The notes below the pieces were generated by a model, which did not search any database, had not been told where the DNA came from, and saw only the letters and a program-made list of their open reading frames with translations. 64,000 nucleotides of DNA from Phoronis australis (Eukaryota; Animalia; Phoronida), in contig NMRA01000352.1 in the NCBI GenBank assembly GCA_002633005.1, positions 1-64,000 of the forward strand, read 5' to 3'. Shown piece after piece: positions 42,201 to 54,200 of this stretch; position 1 is the first letter of the stretch; every line of letters begins with the position of its first letter. A program made the position numbers and the translations under genes.

Positions 42201-45200
42201 CCAATTGAACTAGACCATATTTATCCACCTTGGCTGTGTTGCGCTCAGCTCTCGATCAAATGGATCCCGCCTAGCTGCTCTATTCATCGAATCAATGACG
42301 AGCGAGGATAATTGGCTTCGCTCATGTGATGTGTTTGGGTACTTGCCAAGCGAATTTTTGGCAAGTTTTGATTTCTTTTGAGATGTGTTTGGCTGAAAAT
42401 ACCAACATTTATAGATCAAAAACCCACCACCCAGTTTCAATGCTTTAATTCTTACAAGAACGACCACCCATAATTTGAGTTTTTTACTGAAGACCACAAC
42501 CCATGAATTTTTATTTCAGCTGCCCCCCTTCCATACGGATTTTGCTGGAACAGCCCTAAGACACAATACGACAGACAAGTGAACTTTTATTATTAAAATT
42601 TCCCAACAAGAGAGGTAACACACCTAAATCAATTCTTCTAGTTCTATAACATAGCTATCATCAGATAAATTTTTGTCTTGAGAAATTCTAGATATTCACA
42701 ATTTTAGAAAAAAAATCTATGGTAATGATTTTAGTCCAAAATTAGTGAGACTTTTAACATAATTCAAGAACAAGACTGAGATATGTGAAACAATATAAAG
42801 TACACATCTTGATGAAAAAAAGACTGTCACAAGTTTGTTGCAACTGAGCAAAACCAGAGAATGGGCACAGGCTTGCCAAGGTCTGGTGGTGCACAGAGGT
42901 AGCAGGCCATGTGTCATTTCCAAAATAAATGTTTTTACTATTTGTAAGTAATACTTGTTTTGTTGGAGGGAACAAAACTGAATTGAATCACTTACTGTAA
43001 TGCATCCATCGGAGCCTGAAACACACAGAAACGTGTTTCCATCAAATGAAGTTGATATCTCCATAGTCTTAGTCCACCAATCATTATCAGCTTTACCCTG
43101 AAACAAAAGCAACGCAAACCGCTGTCATACATCCCACATCAATTTGTGCATAGCTACAATAAATCAACAGAGAAAAACTTCCTCTTGGAAGTCCAACACT
43201 AATGAAGATTCATTCACAAAACTTGACTACTAGACTGTTACCTTCTCCTGAAAATAAAGCACACTTGCTAAGAAATTGCTACTAGGTGGCGCCACATGCC
43301 ACGACCTGTTTATCCCATAAACACGTGTTCACAACAGCAAACATTCTACATACAGTTTTTCAGAGATGCTAAAGCATGAAAGTGTCTTCCACTCAAACCA
43401 ATTTCTAATTCTGGGGTGCTACATAAGGGACGAGTTGGCAGGGTCACATTTCATCTTTCTGTGAATGGTCTGATTATCCTACCGCACAACAGTGGCAATT
43501 TGATGAGACGATGGTTACAAAAAAATTACAGAAACTGCAAAAATCGCAGGGACATGAAAGCCATCAATGCAGAATGCTGTCCACCAACTAGTACCCAATC
43601 GCCATCTAGTGACTAGGTGTATTTCATGACGTTGTAAAATAGCTATCAACCCCTAACAGATGAAATCCATTTCAGGGCAAAAATAGCATTGGCAAATATC
43701 CAGGTTTGATAGTTATACTAAACAACTGCAGTCTCAGGAGAAACACCCTCCATTGGAGTATGACCAATTGCATCACTGCCACTGGGCTGCTGAGAGTGGG
43801 AAAATCTCACAAACCAAATCAGTTCATAACTTCCTGAAACTGCCTCGAGGAGTGACAATGTTACATACTCCATGAATGACGCAGAGGTCATTGTGGTCAT
43901 TGTGGTTACAGTGCTGGACTGACAACTGAGAGGGTCTGGATTCAAATGATAAGTGACCCATGTAAAATTAACTAAAATGAGACACTTCACAAAATTGAAT
44001 AACAAACTATAATTATGATGGTGATGATGACGACAACGACGACGATGACGTCAACGATGACGACGAATGACAGATTACAAAAATGTCCTGTTCGAATTTA
44101 AGCACTTAAAAAAATGAATTTGTCAGATCTTGGGTAGAACCTTTGGACTAACATCAAGAATATCAAGGCTAATTGCACTTTAAACATTTCATCCTCTTGA
44201 TTGCTGTTTAACTGTCATACAGTGGTAACAAGATATTATGACCTGAGTCACCACGCTGGGACATTGCTTTTTAAGAAAATATAGTCTGCACATCTCCATA
44301 TTCGATCACCTTGTCAATCGCAACACAGTTTGCTTGACCAATGGATTTGCCCCACCCTAAACTCAAGAGTTGGCTCCGTCACCCAAGAACAGGATAAAAT
44401 TTCACTACAGTGCTGAAAGCAATATGAGAATTGGGGTTGTTTGAAAATGCAATAACTAACTTTAATAATCAGTTATTGTATTTTCAAACAACCCCAATTC
44501 TCTTAAAAGCGACAACTGACTCGAGCGTTGATCAATTTCTAGTACAGTTAAATACCACGACCACTAACACATCTCACTGTGATGGTGTGGCAATTAAAAA
44601 CACCTTAATGGAAAAGTAACAACATTTCTCATCACCCAGCTCACCTTAGTGATTATCTTGACAACAGTGACAATCTGACCAAAGTCCAGCTGAAGGTAGT
44701 CGTTGGAATTGGAGCCATCGTGGGCACACCAAGCTCCAGAAGAGTCGTACGATGACTGACTTGTTGAGCAGCAGGAGTGAGACGATGAAGCTGTCACGGT
44801 GATGGTAAGACCTAGTGACGAGGTGGTCGTCAAGGAAACTTCGTCTTCAGGGTCTGAACAGAACAAAATCAAAGTTACTATCAAAGTTACTAATGATTTA
44901 AACCAGTCGGCAGCATGATTATACAAATTTAAACTTATCTTCCTGAATGGACAAACCTTTGGAAACCCTGAAAACATGGTAATTACTGCTAACCACTGCA
45001 GTTTCTTGGGGGTAACTACAGAGCACTGTGTAGTTTATCTCATGACTGAACTCTAAATTACATATCAGGTAAAGTAGACTTGTGGTTATGGCAGTAGTTG
45101 AAAGTCACATGATTCAATTGGTGAGGAAGTCAACAGCCACTGGACTCATATATTTTTCCAAAAAAACATAAAAAAGCGTTACAGTGGAATTAATGTTAGT

Positions 45201-48200
45201 TGAAAAAAACCCACATCCACATACCATACTAAGAAAATCACTGCATGAAAAAGCTATCAACAATTTATTGCTGCAGTGTTGTATGGCATAAACTTGTGGA
45301 ATTCTACTCAACTTTATTCATACTTCATTGTGACTGACCATGTCCCTTTACTATTTGCAGTCATAGAAAGGACAAAACCATGACATTTTCTTAACACATG
45401 CACTGGGCAAACCATCAGAATAGTCTTTTGTCAAATTTCACTAAGATCCTTAATTGGTTTATGAAATAAGTCAAAAAAGCATACAGCAAAAATGCTCCAT
45501 TCGAGGGACAACAAAATTCAAGTCAAGTTGAATTTCCTTCATTCAGAATAACATAGAAAATAAATCTGAAACTAAATAAGGCGATCCAGATCCTCCCAAG
45601 GATACTATTGTTTCACAAAATGTAGAATATAAATAGGTAAATAAAACAACAAGAATGGTTCAACTGAAATTTTCGGACGTAATAACGTCCTTTGTCAACA
45701 GTCATCGACACAATGTTTTCACGCCTCACTATAGTTTGTAACGCCATGGTAACTACTGATCGCTTGGCGCTGAAGGTATTATGAATGTGGGACAGCGAAT
45801 AGCTTATTTCTAAAATTTGTAAATAATCTTTTGCAAACTTTTACTGTCTCACACAGGGAAATTTTGTTCCATAGTTGGTTGATTTTTTGTTGTTTTGAAA
45901 ACTCATGAGGTGGTGCGGAATTTCTTAGACTAGTTGCCCATTTAAAAAATCCTTCTAAGACAAGTAGAAGTGATGCATTTTTTCTAATCAACTCAGACCA
46001 GTCTCAAACCAGTTTCAGTGCTGCATCTACACGATTGCCAGTGGTAGTTGCCATGCCGATGGGGTGTTAAACAGTGTATCATTGATAATAATGCCTTATC
46101 AGAAAAGCAAGGGCATTCAAAACTTTACCTGCGTGCTTTCACTAGGCTTTCCAAAAATGGAAGTTTGAGATATTGGCTGAATTTGTTACTGAGCAATTTT
46201 TTTTCAAAATGAAATGGAGTACAGACTAGAACTAAGTATGCTTTTTTGGACTAATCAGCTGAGAAGCAAAATGCTCTCATAAAATGACTTGTTTTGTGAA
46301 TGCATAACAAAATGGAAAGAGTTGGTCCAAAGCTCACCAAGTCCTTTGCTGAATTAAGCCACCACACATACCTATACTTCTGGTGCACACAGGGGGCACT
46401 CCCGTCCATGCACCAGACAGCAGACACGTCCTCTTCAGGTTGCCTGATGTCAAAGCATAGCCAGAGTTGCAAGTGTACGTTACCGAATTCAAGGCAGTAT
46501 AAGTCGAGCCACTTTTTACGGCATTTGCTACTGTGCCCGGGTCTCCACAGTTAACACTTGAAAATGCTGAAAGGAAGGTACTGAATATCAGAAACTAACG
46601 ATTTATGAAATTCAATTTACTGAGCTAAGAAAATGGGGTTTCATGCTACATGTGATTTCAACAGTTGCGAATGAGTACATTCATTCAACAAAGAAACAAA
46701 CTGTCCTTACCTCTACAAAATCTGCGTTTTCAACCATAACTGTAAATTGTGGCGGTATTCCATAATCAAAATCAAGCCAAAAGGTGTTCTTTAATAGAAG
46801 TCTATTAGCTAAGTTTCACAATGATCCTTCAAGAACTTTTGAAAGTAACATTAAGAACAAAAAGTGCCACTATGGGCGCAAGGTTATTTAGAACCACACT
46901 AAACACTTTGTCATACATTGTCACATGTACAGGAACAACCTAGCAAAATTTTACAAAGATTCTACAAGAAGTTGAGGAGACTCCAGACAGAGGTCGGATG
47001 ACGGACGCAATTATTATGTTTCATGAAAAACTGTTACACACTTTCGACAACAATGGTGGTAACGCCCTCCCACTACAAACTTCTGCATTAAATTTCAACA
47101 CAAGCAGCTGACAGGGGCGCAAGGGAAATCAATTCCATTCAAAAAGCGATTCAAATCAGCACAATACAAACACATGGCACTGTGTTTAGTTTAAAATTTG
47201 CAAACTCGACCTATTAGCCATGCCCAGAATTGACGGACAAAAATTTTCTTGTTGAAACTAAAACCGTCCAACAGGGGTTGCTACGTTAGTCAGATCCATA
47301 CGAAAATCAACCAGGTGTCAGTGCAGTCTCACAACATACCTCTGCGTCAGATTTTGTCAAAATTCCACGAGCAGTTTCAAAAAAATTGATGGACAAGGAA
47401 TCTTGTCAAAAAGTAAAACGGTAAAAGGGTACCACAAAAGCTGAATCTGTCTGAAAATCAACTGGTGCCAGTGCGACAATGTCTTATAACTCTACACTTC
47501 AAACCATCGCAATTTGTCACGCAGTTTTGGAAAAAACTGATGGACAAGCAACGATAGGATGGACTTGTTGCCAATGAAATGCCACCACAATTTTTGTGGG
47601 TGCATAAACATCCACACCTAAAGATAGAATTAATGCAGAACCCTGCCCAGAATGCCACCTATCTTTTTCTAACCTTGATTACAGCAGTTCTGTAATATGG
47701 AGCTGTCGAGTATATAATACACACAAAACCAAATAGTCACATTCTACATTCATATTTCAGCCTGACCTTGAGATTCTCATGGTCAAGTAGGACCTTGGAA
47801 AAGTGGCCAGATGCCATTTCCGTTCATGGGGTAATTTACTAATGATGCTATTTTGTTCCAAAAGCTTGTTTTATGTCATGCACGGATTACGCTTTTATGA
47901 GCTCACGTGATACTTTCGGAGATTTCATTCGAAGTATCTTTCTTACTGAGTTTTGTATAATTTTATTCACATTTATCTTTTGCTGTTATTTTGACAGTCT
48001 TCTAGGTAGGAACGTAGAAAAACGTAAATATTAGGCTAATTTAAAAAAATTCAAAAGTTATATTACATGAAAACGAAATGATTCAGAAAAATGTAACAAA
48101 GTTTTTGGGATTCTATCATGAACATTAACAACAAATGATATCTGGTTGTATTATTGGTACTGATGTTTTGCTTTCAATGCATCTTTCTTTTTTGCCCAAT

Positions 48201-51200
48201 GGCATAAAGGTAAAAACTCAAGAATCAAGTCCTATTGGCTTTCTACTTTCAAATTATAATACTTCTAAATTAAAATCTCATTTGGCTAAATACATATTTG
48301 TCGATAAGGTCCCACATAACCTTAAAGCCAAATTCTGAATGTCTCGAATTCAACTAGAAAGCAAAACGCAATGCAGAATGAGATTTTCCAACTCACCATA
48401 TGGTGCCTTTTCACAGACTATGCCATACGCTTCAGTATCTACACTGTCAAACCACTTGTAGCCGTCATCCGTTTTGAACATGTAATTGCTCTTGCCAAGT
48501 TCATCTGGTTCATCTTTTCCCCAATGTCTGAATGTTGCATTATCAAACAGCCATTTTCCATCCACCCATGTTAACTGTCTCTGATCTGCAGTTGCATCGT
48601 CGTCAGTCAAACCCAGCCAATAGGATTTTGTACTTGGTCTAGGTGTTGAGTACTTGCTGGAAAACAATTAACGCATTCATTTGGTAGTTGATGAACAGAA
48701 CAGATTGCATTGAGTATCCAATAATCTCATGGATGCTGCACTACACAAATGTCACCAATTTCAGACAAGGGGTGCTAAAATTACAGGTGCAATTATAATG
48801 ATACGCACAGACTCAAGATCACAAATGGTACTGATAGAGTTCTTTAAATTGGATATTTAAATACGATTTTTAAAGACAAAAGTACCAATAAGTTCATTAT
48901 CATTGACTGCAAAGTTAAGAAATCTTGCCTCACTTATCAATTAGTGATGCAAATGTATGCAAAATATTATCCAAAATTAAACATGGGATTTTATGAATAT
49001 TTTATTTTAATTTTTGGAGGAGCACCAATAAAATGGCAACAACTGTTGAATGGAATTGAACTTCACTTTATATGAATTGCCAGATAGTATAAACACAAAT
49101 ACACAGACATGTACCGAATTAATTTTACGAAATTCTCCTAATTTAGCATTATTGTTTATTTAATTTAATTGATAACCCGTTTCTGTATCCTAAATCAATG
49201 AAGATAAAGGAAAGAGTTTCTTTGAATATCTGCTCACATTTTTTTATCTTTTCTATAGAGTAAATAAACTATAAATAACATCTTTGAATGCAAACTGTCA
49301 ATTTACAGTTGACTTCATTAATATGCTGAGATTGTAACATATTTAAGTAAATTAGTCAAATGGAACAGAAATAAAACTGAAAGTTAACATTAAGGGTGGC
49401 ATTAGTTGAGAAAAAGTAACAAACTGTCTTGCTAGCGCCTGGGACAGTGAAAAACAATGAAGTTAAATGTAAATACACAATCAATCAAACACTTGAAACC
49501 AGCCAAGGCATGAATCACAGAAGTCGTCAATCAGAGCGCGAGTCTCACAAATATACTCTGAAACTAGAATATAATAGCTTTTTTATTAGTTAAAATGACT
49601 TATTCTTATTAAAATGACATAGGCAAAAAGTTGAATTTCGGACCTCAAAAGCGAGGCCCCCTATATTAATATAGGGGGCCTCGCCGAAAGGAGGTCGTAG
49701 AGCGGGGCCCTCCTATATTAATATAGAAGGCCCCGCCGAAAGGAAGCCAGAGAGCGGGACCCCCTATATTAATATAGTGGAGCCCCGCTCTCTGGTCGCC
49801 TTTCGGCAGGTCCCTCCTATATTAATATAGAAGGCCTCGCTTTTTTGGTCCGAAATTCAATTTTTTGCCTGTCATTTTAATAAGAATAAGCCATTTTAAA
49901 TAATAAGCTGTTATGTATTATTTTACGGTAATTTAGAAAGTATTATAATTGGTTGAAAACATGACTATGCCATTTGTTAATAACCAAAACTTATTCAGCA
50001 GGTCTGTTAATCAGTCATACATGTAATGATCTGGAAAATGTTTTTGTAACTTTGCCCGTGACATTTCCTGCATGTTTTTTTCGTTAACTTTCTTGGTTCG
50101 CATTCATTTCTTCGACTGACATGAGATTTGCACACAACACATGCCTCCTTGATTTCTCAAGACCTATTATTTTTTGATAAACTTAAATCGAAGATAATGC
50201 TGTGGCGGCCATGTTTTGCTCCATGGTTCCTTGATAGATCTTTCAGAAACTTGATATGCATAAAAATCTTGCCAAGAGCTATTTGAAGCATGACTTTTGT
50301 CTCTCGCTACAACTTTCAAGTTATTGGAGACTTTTTGGTGACTGTTCTTTTGTTTACTGATAACTACCCACTTTTTTGTTGATTGGCCCTCATCATAGTC
50401 CACATTTTTTGTCCACTGACATGAGAAATTAACAAAAACCATGTATCTCGGCAATGACTCAAAGTCTTTAGTTTCTTGTTGAAATTGCTAAGAGGATGCA
50501 GGTATGTTTAACTTCACTTTTTATTGTTTGCCATCTAGTGCATCACGATATGCTTTTTAATCATTTTCATCATTGTCACCTCCATCAGCTTCATCATCCT
50601 TTTCACCATCATCACCATCACCATCACCATCTTAACCATCATCACCATCATCACTATCACCATTATCATCAATTTTGCCAAGTGTTGATTTCTAGATCAC
50701 ACTCATTTCTTGTTTCCAAATTTTGTTTCATTTCTGCATGTTGCACGGCAGGTTGTACGTGGAATTTATTAGAAATTTACTAACAAGATGCCTCTTGTCA
50801 ATAGCTCAAGGTTTATTGCTTTTGGTGGGAATTGAAAAAAACGTGATGTGGCAGCCATTCAGAGAATTTTATTTGCTTTGAAGACTGAGGTGATCAGCTC
50901 CATGGTTCTTCAAGCAGTTTTTATAAAATTTGACATCTGGATAGGTATTGTCAAAAGCTATTTGGAGTACGCTATTTGTTTCTCTATGGCTTCCCATTCT
51001 CAAGATATATTTGAAGGGTGTTCTTTCTTCACTTTCTATTTGATTGATCCCCATTGACAAATCGACAAGAATTTTGTATTCAACATGTGTCTTATCAATA
51101 GTTCGAGGTGAACTGATTTTTGGATGAAATCGGACAAAAGGTGACACTTTCGCATCCATTTTTGCATTTACTCTTTAGACAGCCATACCTCAGGTATCCT

Positions 51201-54200
51201 TTAAAGGTCATTTTTGAAACTTGATACGTTAGATCTATGAAGAATTACAGATTCTGTTTTGCATAATGAGTTTTCTGTTCTCAAGCTAAAATTGACAGAG
51301 ATTCCTTGCAGCACTTTTACTGGCTATGGTTTTTATCATTTTCGTTGTCGTCATCACCGTCGTCATCGTCTGCTTATTCTCTACAGGACCTGTAACCATA
51401 CCGAGGCTATGAACCAGTGAGCATTAAGAAGACAGACAGTACTACCGCATTTTCATTCCATTTTATGTTAAGAACAGCTGCTGCCAAACTATAATGACTA
51501 AGATCTCATCAAGTTACTGCAAGCAAACAGTCACTAAATTACCGAGAGATGATTTTCTTTAAGTTGTCTTTCTCTTCCTTTGTTTTCATTGTCACCACGT
51601 ATGCATTTCTGTTGTTGCAAAAGTCTCGCACAGTGCTGTATGAATTGCTTGCACCGTCATAGTTAAAGAATGTGAAACACATGGTGGTATCCTCATAGTG
51701 CCATCCTGGGGGACACAGGATTACACCTGAAACAATCCAACAGAATATAAATACAACTTCCACTATCATTTACAATGCAGTCACCAAAAACAGAAGTCCT
51801 TTGACATCGTTTTGGTATTGTGATAGTGACCGCTCTTGTCAACAGCTTTCAGCGTATTAAAGGTACACAGAGCCCTAAGCTACCTGAAATCTAGAGGACC
51901 AGATGACTGTTCCAATAGACCGTATTCACAGTCACCATTTTAATAGTGATCCTCTTTTCAGGTTTAAAAAACAATGCATTTGAGACATAAATATAACGAG
52001 GCACACGTAAAAATCATACTTTGTGCTGTGACTAAATGCAGAATGCGTTATTTTTAAAACATAAAAAGAGGCTCACTTTTAAAATGGAAAATGCGTGAAT
52101 ACGGTGTATTGCCAAAAAATTATTATAACTTCTTTTTGGGTAAATAGTGTGCCAGGCCATCAGAAAGATTAATTCTAGAGACTTGGTGATTGCAAGTCCC
52201 ACTACACTATGCAGGGCTCCACATAAACAATTTGAGGATTATAAAGGAAGAAATTAAAAGTTAACATGAATCTAATCAAAACCAGAGACATACAGTTTAC
52301 ACACGTGTGCAAAATGCCGACCAAATGGAAAGTGCCATTTAGGCAAAATAATAGCGTGACAATAGAATTGTAGCATGAGCCAAGATATATGGTAAGATTT
52401 CAACATTATTCAAGAATAGACTTACATAAAAAGGACATATTATTAAATAAATTGATGCTTTGTCGACTTCATATTTAACAAAGACCAGTAACTTTGTTTC
52501 CTTGACAACTCTGAAGAAATAACTCACCTTTATCAGAACAAACTAGAATGTCACAATACTCCCACTCTACGTTGGAGTCAGTTGTATAACACCAGGGGGC
52601 CTTTTCCTTATTAGGGTTGCGGCAGAAGTTCTCAACGTCTGCTCCATAGTTCACCGTGTGAGTATGAGGACTCTGTGTGTCCCATCGCTGACACGTCTTT
52701 CCACTTGTTGTAGTCCTAATCGTTCCCTGGTACCTTTCTCCTTTCTCGTCGGTCTTGCAGTCAGATGGGTCTGAAGCAGACGAACGGGTTCATGACATTG
52801 ACCTTACACAACAGAGGGGAGTCTCATCAACAGCAGTTGAGATGGCAGTCAGGGTTTTAAGATTTCACTCGATTGATATTCCTAAAATCAGGAGTCAGTA
52901 CAAAATGTTGAAAGCGACATAAGTCACAGGTGTGAGAATTCAGAATTTAAGACCAGCTTACCTAGGCACTTAACTTCAATGTGTTGAACACCAGACTGTG
53001 GCTGTAGATCACCAATGGCTATGTCTTTGGATGACCATGTCTTAGAGTTATACACGCAGGTTTGTGATCCAGTAGTGTAGTCAGCTGATTGACAAAAGGC
53101 ATCCACATGACAGAGACGCGCGCAGTCTGTTATGCTGCCTATGGATGTTTTTGTCTGGGCCACGTGATTAGCTAGTTGACGATTATTCAAAATGGTCACT
53201 TGAAGATACTCTGATCCTTTGCACAAGTTTTGCCCTTAAATAGAATATTAGGTGGTTATGTAATGTAATTTTCAACATTAAATCACTCGCCTTCTGTTAT
53301 ACTTACCAGTGACTATGCATCTGGTCTTGACTTGTTCCACATTCAGATGACAAATGATTTTGGTATAGCAAAGAACTGAAGCTATGTATCATCATTATTC
53401 CTGGAGACAATGCCAGGCAAATGAACTAAATATTGCTGTGACAAGTCCCATTGAAGTGCCTTAATGAACTGACAGTTTTTCCAAGTTCACTTATTTTGAT
53501 AAACAAAAGGAGCAATTTGAGACTTATTTCATAAATAAGTGGTTTAAATCAAACGGTACACCATAGATGGTGCTGCAGTCAAGCTTTTTTAGCATAATAT
53601 AGAAAGAACTCTGCTGCCCATGGAATCTATATAATCTACAGGCACCAGTGAAATGGAAATAAAATTAATCAGATGTAAATCAAAGGAACGTGTGTTACTG
53701 CGGCTGAAAAGTTGCTAAACAATCTTGAGATTGATTAAGTCAGTATGAAGTTGCTGTGGGATATGGCATGTTATATTACTCAAATCTGGCATTCATGGTT
53801 GGAGGGCCAGCTCTCTTTTGTTCGATAATTGCTCTTTACTAATCTTCAATAAGACTGTATCTAACCTGACTGGGCTGTGCTGTTAAAAATAATATTTGAG
53901 CATAAACCAATAGTATTTCTGAAATCCTCGTCAAATGGTGATCATGTTTAGTTTTTGAATCGCCAAAATTGCCCAACTGCAACCGAAGTTACGATAATCT
54001 CAAGGTACCTAAACTACACGGTAACGGACTCATAAACACGGTCACGGACGCATGAATATGACTCACGTACCTGGAAACACCGTTCACTGACTCACAAACA
54101 TGGGAACGGACTCACAAAACACGATCCATTCACCCAAATACATGGGACACGGACTCATATTCACGAAGAAAGACGGTTAACGGACCGCCAAACACGGTTT

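Noticed and set aside
49650-49845. CRISPR-like array of regularly spaced palindromes
   Set aside because: Linkers resemble each other instead of being unique spacers, the array lies inside inverted arms in a eukaryotic intron, and there are no cas genes.
50496-50783. His-rich ORF
   Set aside because: Translation of a CAT/CAC microsatellite.
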